A stretch of 64,000 nucleotides of DNA from Nymphaea colorata. Its lineage: Eukaryota. Positions 39,114 through 53,390 of the stretch are shown in pieces (position 1 is the stretch's first letter; every line of letters begins with the position of its first letter). A program made the translations under genes and the position numbers. The notes beneath the pieces are model-generated. The model was not told where the DNA came from, did no database searches, and saw only the letters and a list, made by a program, of their open reading frames with translations. Where the stretch lies: contig NC_045138.2 of the NCBI RefSeq assembly GCF_008831285.2, positions 6,200,001 through 6,264,000 of the forward strand, written 5' to 3'.

Positions 39114-39213
39114 TGATGAATGGTAATGCAAAAAAAATTAAAAACATGTGCATGTCTTTATGAAGAAGGTGAAGGGTTGAACTTTTGGGTTCCCCAAAAG
39201 TTCCATCGTGCCA
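39114..39213 (+). mobile_element. Truncated 5' end of the same copia LTR as 10369-10638
   Basis: TGATGAATGGTAATGC...CATGTCTTTATGAAGAAGGTGAAGGGTT...TTGGGTTCCCCAAAAGTTCCAT; preceded by CCCTT. Confidence 0.85.
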
Positions 39214-39403
39214 TGACAAGTGCCCCTTCACCTTGTCTATTTTAATTTTCAGTTTTTTTGTTTTTAATGTCAATAATAGCCATAGTGGAATCACCAAGAT
39301 TCATGTCATTTATGTTTCAGTTTTTAGATCACTTTGCAAAATCAATTTAGTGTTCTTTTAAGAATTTAAGTAAGTTTATAAAAGGAAGATCTTAAATTTA
39401 AGA

Positions 39404-39462
<59 letters not shown>

Positions 39463-39584
39463 TTTGTAAAAAGAAGGTGTTAACTCAAAGAGAGAGACAT
39501 ATAGATTCTACAGAGAGAAAGTGGGAATCTATAAAAGAATATGTTAAATCAAAGAGAGAGAAAAGAGAAAGAGAGATATTCATG

Positions 39585-39615
<31 letters not shown>

Positions 39616-42343
39616 AACATGTATATACACATATACATATATGAAAACTAAAATTAAGAAATAACTTGGAGTATTTTCGACTTCAAATTTTCTACATAGG
39701 CGGAGGGGAACTTGGGCACATGTAAGAGCTTAGGCTAAGTCTCCAAAACCTCATTAAAGAGAGTTCTTATTTTTGAATTTTTTTTAAAAACATGATTCCA
39801 AGTATTTTCATATAAGCATAAAACAATAATCATTTCATCTACTATAAGGAAATTTATTTCTCCCACAATTAGATATGGAAGAAAATCAAGCACACACGCA
39901 ATGAAAAGTTAATAACATAAGAAAACACTCATTGAGATCCCTAATCGGGTGATTAAAAGAAATGCTAAACGTAAGGATGTCTTGAAGACACATTTGTAAG
40001 GGGTTTTTTGGGTTGGACAAATTCCAACATAAAAAATCAACATAATAACAAAGAAATCTCAATCCAAGCACTCATTGTTATCATTTGTTCGCATATTAAT
40101 TAAGGAATCAATAAACTATGTATCATCCTTTGAAAGCAAAGTATACATTTAAGAGAAGAGAGAAGCATATTTCAATCCTAGATGAAATTTCGTTTCACCT
40201 TGCTCATGTTTTCGGTTCACCCAAGAATAGCTCTTGACTCTAGAGAGGAGATTTGAGAGTTTTCTAATATGGCCATGGGAAGATGAAAAAGGAAAAAAAA
40301 AGGAAAGGAAAAGGATTGGGATATTGACTACATCTAATGAAAATGATTTTAGAAAATTAGTCTTCTTTTTCCAGATAATCCTAAAGCTTCCTCGAATGAA
40401 GCTCCAAGGTGTTGAAAATGTCTCTCCAAGAGGCCTCCTCGTGCTTCCTTGTAGAGTGGCAGCTGGAGAAGCTTTCTCCCGAGGTTGGAGAAGAAGAAGA
40501 AGATAAAAGGAGAGAAATAGAGAGAGAGTTAGGAGAAAAACTCTAAGTCTTTAAATGAGAAAGTATTATAGGTTTCCCAAAAGTTAGCTCATGCACAAGA
40601 GAGAAGATTTTGAAGATATTTATGGAGAGTTTTGGAGTCAAAACTCAAAATTTGAATTTAACAATATTTTCATGCGAATTTCAAGTATTTTTGAATTTAT
40701 TTAAAATTTTATTTTCAATAGGTCTTGACCAAATGAGGTTGGCTCTCAGACCTGCAAACACCCCATTGGGAGTGTGGGCAGGGCTAGTGCCCACCTAGCA
40801 GACCAAAACGGCCCTTAAGGGGTGGGTCGCGGTCACATCACTCGTGGCAGTGCGTGGCGCGGCTGTGCGCCTTGGTCAGAGCGTATGGCCTGGCCATGTG
40901 CTGCTCGGCCAGGGCGTTTGGAGTGTGCAGGCACGCCCTCTTATTGGTTTGCTTTGGACCAATAAGGGGTGGCTTTTGCCCCTGGCTTCCAAGGTGGTCC
41001 CACACATAAAACAACATAAAAATTATTTTTAAAACACACATTTTAAAGGGCAAAAAGATCTTTTGTTACAGAGGCACCAACTTCATTTTGCGTGGACCAA
41101 TAAGGGGTGGCTTGTACTTTATTTGAGACAATAAAGTAGGAAAAAATACCTCTCATATGCATCATTGTTCAAAAGCTTTCATGCTGTCGATGTATATATA
41201 AAATGGGAGATATAGTGCCAAAACTAGGGCAACAAATGATTTAAATTTGAGAGTTATGGGTGAAAAAGCTCATGTGTCAATGCATTCAAATAACAAGGAC
41301 GAGAATTTTATGTTTTAATATTGCATTCATTGAATCCCGCCTAAATGTAGCATTAACAATTGTATGTTCCAAAGTCATGAGAACCTTTATATTCAAGTTT
41401 TTTCCTAATTTAAACTTGTGATTTACTTGAGAGAGTATAGTTGGTGGAAAGACCCCACATATCCACAATTCTCTAAACTTACATATAAAGTAGGAGATAT
41501 GGTGCAAAAGCTACTCACAATTGATTCAAATTTAGGAGTCATATGTACAAGTAAAAATGCTCGTCTCCTAATGTATTCAATAACAAGGATGGGAATTTTA
41601 GATTTAATGTTAATGTTGTCACTGGATGCTGCCTAAATTTAATGCTAGCATTTATACTTTTGAAAGTGTGAGTCTTAGTATTTAAATTTCTAATTTAAGC
41701 TTATGTTTTATTTGGGAGAGTATAGTTGATGGAATTAAAGACCCCTCATGGCTTCATGGCCTCATCGGCTTTGCCTTGCATGCCTTCATGGCTTCAAGGC
41801 ATGGTCAGGTCTTTGTATTTCAAAACAAGGCAGGATTGAAATCTAGGCGGATCATAAGAGATGACAAGAGCCACAAGTTGGCTTTCCGAGAGCAAGCAGT
41901 TATATGTGGTGGGCTTCATTGTAACAAAATTCTGAAAGCTTGTCGGAGCTGGCACAAAGGGCAGCAATGCTAAGTTAATTTCCTACTTTGTTTCCCTGCT
42001 CATCACCTTCTTGGTTTACCTTGCTTATGTCTATGCTTGTTTCCCTTTCTAGTTCATCAGTCTCCCTGACACACTCGTATGAACTTGACTTGCTGCTTGT
42101 ACCAATACAACTCTTCTTTACTATTACGGTTGTACATGAGCTGAGTCAAGCTTGAGCTCGGTCAGCTCGACGCTAGTCAACACATGCTTAATTTGCTTGG
42201 CTGGACCTTGAGCAGTGAGTCAAGTTGTATAAGGTCAGGTTGAGCTGAAATTGATAGACTGGGTCCCAGCTAGTGCTCGACTTGTTTAAGCTCGTTTACC
42301 AACTGACAACTGTCATTTGACTTGATCTCTTTCCTTTGTTTTA

Positions 42344-42452
<109 letters not shown>

Positions 42453-44018
42453 TCGAGTTCATGTAGTTTGAACTTGACCCATTTAGAAGCTCGAGTTTAC
42501 TGAGTGAGTTCAAGTCAAGCTCGAGTTGGCTCGACTCATTATATATCACGACTCAATGCGAATGATACGTGTGGGAACATGGTGAAATCAACCAAATATC
42601 TGAATGATATTCAGCTCCTCAACAATGGGAACAGAGTTTCTCTGGTTGAGAATGTCTACTGGAGAATGTCAACCATCAATTCAGTTAGGAGATTTCTTTA
42701 CAAGCTACCTATCCCAATGCATTACCAAACATAAAGAAAAGTACTCATTTTCCTTAATTTACATAACCTTCTTCTATTAAGTATTGTTTTGCATCTCATC
42801 TATCCTTTCTTATATCCATCTCTCAAGACATGGAACCAATGCCCTTTCCAAAAACTATTTATCCTCGCTGGCACAAAGGCAGTAACAAAAGACATCCTAG
42901 ATTTTAGGGTGCTGATTACGTAACAAATTAATTTATGTGGGGGAACCAATATGCAAATAAAATAAATTGTGTGGTTCTAGATGGTTAATAATATGCAAAT
43001 TAATTTATGTGGGGGAACCAATATTTGAGATGACCATACATATACCATCATAATCAGATCTAGATCTGGTATGGAAACTATGTGAGGATTCAGATCTAAT
43101 ACCTCTTTAGCACGGACACGCGACCCATTTGGCTGGTCAATGGTCACGCCCATAAAGTCTCAAAAGTAGGGATATAAACGGGTCAGACATATCAGATTAT
43201 CAAACAAATACCGAATCCATTTAACTGGATGTGGTAAAAAAAATTAGATCCATTCAAATTTAAATTCAAATACAGTTTGCTGTTTCACCACTAAACATAA
43301 ATTCAAATAAAGTACCCACCAGTATCTGATAAAGATCCTATCTACATAATGAAACTGGATCTTACATTAGTCGGATCCAAATTTGGTTTTCCAAAAAATC
43401 AGCTCCGGATTCAAATTTGAATTATTCAAATATGCATAGTTAAGTTAGTTAAAAATTAAACCCAACCAGAAAACCACACTACATCGCAACCTAAAAGTCA
43501 AGACACAAGACAACTGGTGTATAAGTTTTCTGTTTTAAATTATTTCTCTTTGTTTAATTAGAAGTAACATAGTCTTTTTAAGTATATCTTGACATTTTTA
43601 ATTCACAATTTTTTTGTAAAAAGTATCTGCAAATTTTTAAATATTAGTCTGCCTTTTGTAACAGATCAAAGTTGATCTGTTAGTTTTCAAGGTCTTACAC
43701 ATAAATGAATGAATTAGATCAATAATAAACAAATAAATGGATCACTTGATTTACTAGTTAAAGATCTAAGCATCATGTCCTTAGACTTCTGAGCAAATAG
43801 TGCATGCTTTACAAATAGGTTACAAAGTTAAATCGAAATGACCCACAACATTGGCATGCTCGTCCGAAACCTTTTTGAAAACTTTTTAACCTATTTGTAA
43901 AGCATTGTAAATGGGCCAATCGTATTAGCTTCAATAATGACACATTCCATCTACTTCGTGGACAGAGAAAGGCATCTCCTCTGCTTTCCATTCTCTCTTC
44001 ATATATATATATATATAT

Positions 44019-46512
44019 ATATTAGCTCACACGTTTTCTCATTGTTTTTTTTTTCAACAGTCTAAAAGTGAATGATGAATGGCCCTGAATAGCATTCATT
44101 CACTCACTATATATGTGTATATATGTCTGCATTTGATGTTGTGGCACATTGTGTGGCAGACAGAAGCTATAGTAAGTGATTTTTTTTTTTATTTATGCAC
44201 CTGTAACATCTCTCTCTCTCTCTCTCACGTGTGTGGCTTTTCTTTTTGTTTTCCCTCTTTTTGTTCTTGAGAAATAGCAAACCAACCAGATATTTTTTTC
44301 CCATACATAACTGAATTTATAATTTCATTTAAAAATTTTAAAGGCATATTGTCAAGAGCGGTTTGAAACCGTCAGCCTTTATAGAAATTTCCTTTTTCCC
44401 CCTGTAAACAAATGAACGTTGGTTAAGTGTAACGCTCAGTTGCAGTGTTTCATAACATTTCTAGTAGAAACCAGTAACCTCTTTAAAAGGTGTTTGAACA
44501 CCCTTTTCATCTTTTTCATGCTATGGCCAATTGCACCTTTTGATTTATTTGTTATCTTCAATTTCAAATACCTCGACTATTGTCTTTTGCAAGTTCATAT
44601 AAAAATTTCAATGAGCACTGCTACGAATTCAATAAAGGAAAAAGTAAGGGCCATCTTGTGTATTCTATTAGTTTTAGGACCTAGTTTCCTTTTATGTTCA
44701 TATCATCTTTTTTTCCACAAAAAGTGTTGGAAACTTTGATGGTGTTTCTCCCTTAAACACTTAATTTCAAGGGAGAAACACCATCAAAGTTTCCAACACT
44801 TTTCTTAGAAAAAAAGATGATATGGGCATAAAAGGAAACTAGCACCTAAAACTAATCGAATACACAAGACGACCCTTACTTTTTCCCTTATTGAATTCCT
44901 AACAGTGCTAATTGAAATTTTTATATGAACTTGCAAAAGACGATAGTCAAGGTATTTGAAATTGAAGATAACAAATAAATCAAAAGGTGCAATTGGCCAT
45001 AGCATGAAACTAGATATTCCCCCTCGGGTTAAGTTCTTTATTTGGTTATTATTTCATAATAGTCTTCTTACTAAGTCTGCTTGTGTACATCGAAATATTT
45101 TGACTACTACAGTTTGTCCTCGGTGTGGTGCTCTTGAGGAAAATACTTTGCATGTCCTCCGAGATTGTAGTTCATCTCAAGTTATATGGGCTGGCTTTCT
45201 TCATGGGGCTAAGTTGTTGAAGTTTAATACAACTACTTTGGAGGTTTGGCTGAGGAATAATATTTCTAGGCATCGTTTTTTGGTTAACAATATGATTCCT
45301 TGGTCTATTTTCTTTTGCTTCCCTTGTTGGCATATTTGGCAGTGGCAAAATCAAGTATTTGAAGATTTTTCTTGGCCTGATGATGTTTTATTTCACATAT
45401 CTGCTTCTATTAGGGAGTTCAGAAACCATATGGCTCAACTTCGATTATCCCAATGAAAAGTTCAAACCTTCATTGCATGGATGTCACCTCCCTTGGGTTT
45501 TGTTAAGTTAAATGTTGATGCGGCTGCTAGAACAAATCCCAGAGACTTAGCAGCTGGTGGTTTATTTCACAATGATAATGGAGAATGGTTATTTGGCTTC
45601 ACTTGTCGTGCGGGTTATGGTCATATAACTAAGGATGAACTTATTGCTATTCTTCATGGCTTTCGTAAAGTTATTGTTGAATCAGCTTCCTTGTTAGTTG
45701 TGAACATGGTTCTAAAAGACCTGCAGCTTCATGATCCTTTATTCCAGATAGTGAAACAGTGTCAAAAATTGCTGAGATGTGATTGAGAGTGTGTCTTGTG
45801 TCATACATATAGATAATCTAATATGTGTGCAGATCTTCTTGCCTCATGGGTTTTTCAAGGATCTTTTGGAGTAACCATTCTTACAAATCCACCTGGTCAT
45901 TTGCATCGATTGATTGAGGAGGATCTGATTGGTGTAGCTCGACCTCGTGCTATAGTTAGTTAATGTGGATCTAAACCGCTCCTTTGTACAAAAAAAAAGA
46001 TAAAAAGGGTGTTTAAACACCTTTTAAAGAGGTTACTGGTTTCTCCAGGAAATGTTATGAAAGACTGCAACTGAGCATTACACTTAACCAACGTTTGTTG
46101 GTTTATAGAGGGAAAAAGGAAATTTCTATAAAGGCTGACAGTTTCAAACCACTCTTCAAATTATGCCTTTAAAATTTTTAAATGAAATTACACATTAAGT
46201 TATATATGGAAAAAAAATATCTGATTGGTTTTCAATCTCTCAAGAACAAAAAGAGAAAAAAAAAGAAACAAAAAGAAAAACCACGCACGTGAGAGAGAGA
46301 GGGAAAGAGAGAGAGAGAGAGAGAGAGGGATGTTACATGTGTATAAATAAAATTAAATTCACTTACTATAGCTTCTGTCCACCACACAATATGCCACAAC
46401 ATCAAATGCAGGCATATATACACATATATAGTGAGTGACTATTCAGGGCCATTCATAATTCACTTTTAAACTGTTGAAAATAAAAACAATGAGAAAAGGT
46501 GTGAACTAATAT
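44019..46512. repeat. Large fold-back HP4: ~735-bp arms (44019-44754; 44769-45009 plus 45999-46512), 14-nt loop, right arm interrupted by a LINE
   Basis: AAAAGTGTTGGAAACTTTGATGGTGTTTCTCCCTT-loop-AAGGGAGAAACACCATCAAAGTTTCCAACACTTTT; mirrored ORF peptides at 44419(+) and 44805(-). Confidence 0.95.
45010..45998 (+). mobile_element. 5'-truncated L1 LINE carrying zf-RVT and RNase H-like domains, with an A-tail
   Basis: LDIPPRVKFFIW...CPRCGALEENTLHVLRDC; PPLGFVKLNVDAA...AAGGLF...GEWLFGF; stop at 45961; A9 at 45990-45998. Confidence 0.93.
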
Positions 46513-47715
46513 TAGATGACAAAAACACCCATCACCTTTTTTTTATTCTTTTAATATCAATCAAACCATTCATGATATATATATATATATATATACATAC
46601 ATATACATACTATTTACAGTAATAGAGCCGATTCTCATCGACCAGATTCAAGTTTCTTGATCTGATCGCAAGAATGGACTTCGATGACTCAAGTCTATGT
46701 ACAGTGATCGACCCGATTTACCTGGAGAGAGAAGAGAAAGTGGGTGAGAATGGAATTAGAGAAGAAATATGAAGGAAAGAGAGCAGAAAAAATATATGAA
46801 AAAAGAAAAACAGAAGAAAGAGAACAGAAAGTACAGGGCGTACCCATCTCTTTCAACAGCTGCCAGTAAAGGTTGCCCTTATCACACACATGCACATGCA
46901 CAAAGAGGATCAGGGCCACAGCAACAAGGGAGAGAATAGTTCCAATGCTGAGGAGTCACCCTGTCTCCTTGCTATGGCTATTGACGAGCTGGTGCTCCTC
47001 TTCTTTAGGTATCCACCTCCACCTTCTCCTTCCTCTCTCTCACTTTTTGCCTTTTTCATCAAGGAAAAACTGGGGTTATTGGGGAGTTTCATTCAAAGAA
47101 CACATATTGTTTTTCTTCAATGAAGTTGCAATAAGCCTAGTTTTGATCCGTTTTTGAGTTGTTTGGTCCTTCAATCTCTTTGGAAATCTACTATTAATTA
47201 GAACAAAGTGTTTTGAATTTGGTTTTGAGTTTTATTTTATAGAAATTATTGTGATGTCATATCCCTGGGAGTGGGCAGCTAGTTTATATTTGGAACTCAT
47301 GAGGCATCAGCTCCTTGTGCTGCAAAAAGAGAGACACTGATATATAAGTTGAAACATCGTGAGACAGTCACTAGAATCAGGTCTGGTACCCTGGGAAGCT
47401 GATGCCTTCAACTATCTTGTTTGGTGGCAGGATAAAATACTCCTCCTACTCACTGAACATATCACTGTGTTGACTTGCCCAAGGCAGTTGCTCTCTTTCC
47501 ATTGGTTGATCCCATACCATGTGCACCACATCATTTTCAAATTCCTGAAACATAAACTTAATAAGTGATACAAACTCCTATGTTTTAATTAATAGGTTCA
47601 CCACTCCATGTAACAAGCAAGACAAAAGGCCTTATGTACAAGACAAATCATGGAGCAAACTTTATGAAAGAATGTGTCAGGAATGCAAAACATTCTAAAT
47701 GGGATGCTGATGACC

Positions 47716-49930
47716 TTACTTTTATCTTATATGAGGAAAATGATTGTCTTATAGTTGAGAATGGTAATTCTACATGGATATTAGATACTGAGGCATCTTA
47801 TTATACCACACCATGTCAAGATTTGTTCTCATCCTATAAACAGGTGATCTTGGAGTAGTTCACATGGACGACAGTGACACTTTTAAGATTATTGAGGTAG
47901 GGGATGTTTGCATTGAGACAAGCACATGATGCAAATTGGCTTTGCAAGATGTGAGACATGTTCCAGATCTTAGAATGAATATGATTTTTGCAGGAAAACT
48001 AAGTAAAGATGGACATTGTACTTCTTTTAGTTAGGTTGGTTAGAAACTAGCAAAGGGGACATTATATTTGACTTTTTGTATGGTATGAAGTCTCGAATCA
48101 ATAGTGGTGAGGTAATGCAGTTACTAATAGTACTTTGTCTGATTTGTGACATAGAAGGTTAGGTCACATGAGTCAAAGATGAATGAATTTGCTTGCTGGT
48201 AAGAATTTGTTACCAAAGGTAGATGGTGTATAATTATCTCATTGTGATCATTGCTTGGTTGGTAAGTTGCATATAATCTCTTTTTAGAAAAAGCACTCTT
48301 AAAAAATTAAAGATGTATTAGATTTAGTTTATTCAGATGTGTGTAGTCCTATAAATATGACATCTAATGGTGGATAACTTATTTTGTCATATTTAATGAT
48401 GATGCATCTAGAAAGGTGTGAGCCTTTTACAATGAAAATAAAAGTGAAGTAAATAATATTTTCATGACTATTCATGCAGCGGTTGAACGTGAGATAGGTA
48501 AGAAAATGAAGAGATTGTATAAAGATAATAGTGGTGAGTACATAGTTTCTTCTCTGCAAGAATATAAACATGTTATTATGCATGAAAAGGTAGTTCCCTA
48601 TACTCCACAATATAATCAATAATTTTCTATCTTGCTCTAAGTAGACTAAGCAGTTTTATAGAGTGGTAATGTGGTACTGCAGTTTATTTGATAAACAAAT
48701 CTTCTTCAGTGCCTCTAGGTGGAAATATTATACAAAAGGTTTAGTCAGATAAAGACATAAAGTGTGACCACCTCAGAGTTTTTTTTGCATTGCTTTTATG
48801 CATGTACCTAAAGAACATCAAACCAAACTAGATGATAAAGCTATTCTTTTAATATTTCTTGGTTATACAGATGATGAGTTTGGTTACATGTTATGGGATC
48901 CAATGAATGACAAGATCTATAGGGTAGTGATGTTATCTTTAGAGAAGATCAGACAATTGAAAATGTCATTGAAGGCAAACAGTTAGATGTGAAGCTAGTG
49001 GTGTTCATGAGTCAACCTATGCAAAACCTGAAGAACTTTCATCTGAGCATGGTGAGACTCATGAAAATGTAGAAGAGGAAATAGAGGTAGAGGAGCAGTA
49101 TACAAATGACAGCTCTATGGAAACTCAAACTGATTATGAGCATAAGTTGGAGGAGGAACTTCCTCATTCAAAACCAATTGAAGAGCCATTTGGGAGAGGT
49201 AAAAGAACACATATTCCATTTACTAGATATTTTACTAATGAATATACTATGTTTGCAGATAGTGAAGATGTAGAATCCTATGTAGAGATGTTAGATGAAG
49301 TACATAAAGATAAATTGGTTCAAGCTATGCAGAAAGAAATGTATGCTTTATATAAGAATCACACTTTTGATTTGGTAGACCTTCTAAAAGGTAAGAAAGT
49401 ATTGCAAAACAAGTAGAGCTACAAGCATAAAAATGAAGGCCAAGACAAGATGAAGTACAAAACTTAATTAGTGGTGAAAGGTTTCAAGCAGGAAAGATCT
49501 ATTGATTTTGATAAAATTTGCTCTCATGTGGTTCAAATGTCATCTATCAGCATAATACTTGGTTTGGTGGCATATCTAGACTTGGAGTTAGAACATTTAT
49601 ACGTAAAAACTGCTTTCTTCACGGAGATCTAGAGGAAGAAATCTACATGACACAAACAAAAGGTTTTGAAGCTGACAGGAAGAAGTACATGACTTGCAAG
49701 TTAAGGAAGAACTTGTACGGATTTAAACAAACACCTAAGTAATGGTACAAGAAATTTGATGCATTTATGATAAATCAAAAGTATTGTAGGTCAACTGTAG
49801 ATCATTATGTCTACATCAAAAAGTTGTCATCAGGTAACTTCATTATCGTGTTGTTAAATGTAGATGACATGCTTATTGTTGGACAAGACTGTAACCTGAT
49901 TAGCCAATTAAAGAAGGACATGAGCAAGTA
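47716..49930 (+). mobile_element. Duplicate of the Tnt1/Tto1-like copia fragment (protease to RT)
   Basis: WILDTEASY, KLDDKAILLIFLGY, FLHGDLEEEIYM. Confidence 0.9.
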
Positions 49931-51174
49931 TGGGGTCTAGGATTGGGCTCAGGATCCAAAGATTAAATCTGAATATAGTATTTTTGAAAAATTTGGAGTG
50001 ATCACAAACATCTTTTTTTTTTTTGGCACAACATTGAGACGCGAAAACAAAGGCAAGGTCTATGCATGCATGCACGTCGCTCAATAGTATCAAAATTTGT
50101 TTTTTTGTTATCGACTTTGGATTTTGAGTTAAAATTCTCGCTTTTCGATCTATACTTTGTTTTTGGATCTAATTTAGATATGAGAGCGGCTTTATGGGTC
50201 CGTGTTGCTAGTTTGGACTTAATTTCATTTGTTGGGCTCAATTATGGTCGTTGGGCTCAATTATGGACTTTGGCTTCGTATTTTGGATCATGGTGTGTAT
50301 TTTAGTTATAGGACTTGGATTTGGATACACATCTTGATCTAAAGTTGAATTTCAGAATTAAATCATACATTTGTATTCAGATATGGGTCTAGAAGTTCAT
50401 TTTGCATCGAGTGGTCGAGAATTGGATTTGGATGTGGCTATGGAAGTTTGAATTTGGATACTAATTTAGAAGTCTATTTTGGGTTGAGCTTGGACTCAGG
50501 GTTCAAAATTAGACCCAAATCACTATAAAGATTGTTGAAATAACCAATAATCTTGTTTGAATGAAATACAGTCTTTTAAAAAAAATTGGGGTGATAACCA
50601 ATGTAGTACTAAAATAGCTGTAATTGGATCAACTTTGGGATCTCTAGGAATAGATAAAAAAAACCATATCTTGATGAATTCTGTAACATAGATGTCGATT
50701 TTTAGTGTTATTATTGACATTGTATGTTGCTTAATATTTATTATTATCGATTGTGCATTCAAGAGTTTAGAGTCTTCGTATTTATGTTTTGTACTATGCA
50801 TGTACTTTATTTGAGACAATAAAGTAAGAAAAAAGACCTCTCATATTCATTATTGTTCAAAAGCTTTCATGCCATAGATGTATATACAAAATGGGAGATA
50901 TAGTGCCAACAGAAAGGCAACAAATGATTTAAATTTGAGAGTTACATTTGAAAACGCTCATATGTTATTGCATTCAATAACAAGGGCGAGAATTTTATGT
51001 TTTAATATCAATGCAATCAATGGATCCTACCTAAATGTAGCATTAACAATTGTATGTTCCAAAATCTTGAGAGGCTTTATATTCAAGTTTTTTCCTAATT
51101 TAAACTTGTGGTTTACTAGAGAGAGTATAGTTGGTGAAAAGACCCCTCTTATCCATAATTGTTTTAAACCATAA

Positions 51175-52368
51175 AGAACTTTCTTAAGTCATAAAACTTT
51201 GTCTTGAGGCAAGTCAAGTCCAAAAGGGCCACTCATGAAAACAACTTTATTTAAGTTGTTGTCTAGAAAAGTATTTTCAACATGTACTTGAAAAATAGGC
51301 CATTGTTTAGTAGAAGCAGCTGCAATAAGAGTTCTAATAGAGGTTATACAAGCAACCAGGACAAAAGTTTCTTCATAATCAATCCCATATTCTTAAGCAT
51401 TGCCCTTAGCGACACATCTAGCCTTATACCTTTCTAATTTACCTCCAGCTCTAGTTTTGACCTTATAGATCCACCTATATCCTATGGTCTTTTTTCTTGT
51501 AGGTAAAGAAACAATTTCCCAAGTCCCATTACTTTTTTCCCAAATTCACGGCTTCAATCCAATTTGGATATTCCTTAGTCTCACAATAAGATGAAGGCTG
51601 ATAAAAATAATGATGTGCCATAAGACAAGCTCGGTATTTATGAGAAAAGCATTCATATGCAATAAATCTTTGGGATGGTCTAACATGCTTTTGAGACCTT
51701 CTAGGATGTGATTGATTAGTTTCTTGAGTTGCATGACTCCTTCCCCTATAAACAATAATATCCCCAAAGGATCATCATTTGTAGAACTTTCTTTTCCAAT
51801 TTCTTCAACTTGATCCTCATCATTAGAATCATCATCATCACCAAAATCAGTCCATACAAAAACATAATCCTCTAGTTGCTTGGATTCATTCTTAATGCCA
51901 TCTTCATCTTCCAAAAATATCACATTTCTAATAACATAAACTTTGTCCTTCTCAATATCATAGCATCTACAACCATTTTGTGTTTTTGAGTAACTAATGA
52001 ACACACAATTAATGGCTTTAGCGGAAACTTTATCATTTTTGTCACTGAAAACATAACATTACAGCAAAAGCCTTAAGTCTATTATAATTTGGCTTAATAT
52101 TGTATAATCTTTCAAATGGAGAAATATGTTTCAAGATTATCGTAGACATTCTATTAATCGACTAGGATGATTTAGAACAGTTTCGGCCCAAAAATTTTGT
52201 AGGAACATTTTTGGATAAGAGAAGTGCTCTTACAGTTTGAATAATGTGTCTATGCTTTCGTTCAGCCACTCCATTTTGTTGTGGAGTCTTTGAACAAGAT
52301 TTTTGATGTAAGATGCCTTTGCCTTTTAGAAATTGTTCAAATTCATTGGAAATAAACTCACCTCCCGA
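51175..52368 (-). mobile_element. Duplicate copia integrase-RT fragment
   Basis: Near-identical to 34911-36120. Confidence 0.9.
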
Positions 52369-52720
52369 ATATCATTTCTCAACTCATCATACAATTGTAT
52401 AAATCAAACTTCCTAGGCTTGTCAGAATGTGCCTTCTTTGTCAAAGCTGTTTTTTCCCACCTTAGGGAGCACTTATACATGTCACTATTTCCAATTCTGT
52501 GTTCTTCTATCTTTCCACACCTTAAGGAGCACTTATACATGACACTTATACATTTTCCTTCTTTTATGAGAATAGAAGTTATCTTGCATGTTGAAGTTTA
52601 CTCACCAAATTGGACATATGATTCTCTCTTGTCCTCAGTGAACATAAGAGTACCATATGAAAAGATGCCTGACTTCTACAAGCTCAACAACAGGGACATC
52701 ATAGAACAATATAATTGAGC

Positions 52721-52819
52721 TTAGGCCAGCTTTGCCAGAACATCATTAAGAGCAAAGATAGTCTAAAAGTAGTATTTCTCTACTTCTGGCAAGCTCCTTA
52801 TCTTGACTGTATGATCAAG
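52721..52819 (-). pseudogene. psbQ: Captured PsbQ terminal exon, one premature stop
   Basis: GGTCAG|LDHTVKIRSLPEVEKYYF*TIFALNDVLAKLA*. Confidence 0.85.
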
Positions 52820-53002
52820 CTGACCAACAAAAGAAGTGATCATCAGAATCCTCAAAATAAACCAGACACATGTTTTAAGGAACAAGTGTTGCTGATGACA
52901 AAAAAAAGTGTCCTTCCTAGAAATGCCCCAGCTCATGGAATCTGAACCTTGAAATAAAATGTTTGAACCCTCACTATCCATACTTGATGAAAATCAACTC
53001 AC

Positions 53003-53164
53003 CCCTATGCATCTCTATTTCAATCCTCGTATTTTGCTTGACGCCATAGATCCTCTCCACGTCAAATCTTTGCATCTTTGCCCCTCCACCATAGGTAGCC
53101 ATTGCTCTCTCCCTCTCTCATCAGTGTTTGTCTGTTGTTTAGAGATGCCTTGCAAAGCAGCCAT
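53003..53164 (-). pseudogene. Unidentified 162-nt exon-like segment, copy 3 (one stop)
   Basis: ATG at 53164; donor GGG|GTGAGT. Confidence 0.45.
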
Positions 53165-53390
53165 ATTTTTGTGTAGGTTTGTGAAGGTGGAGGAGTGATT
53201 CTGGAAGAGTGAAGGCTTTTTGTGCAGGCCTGTGAGAGAAGGAGAGGTGGTTCTCTTTGTTGGTCACAGAACTATTTCAACATAAGGGTTTTGAAGCTCT
53301 ATTAATGGTGAAGGTGCGCTTTAGGCTCTTTTCCTCCTCGTTTTCTTGTTTAGGATATGATATTCATCAAGGAAAATTCCTTTATTCTTA

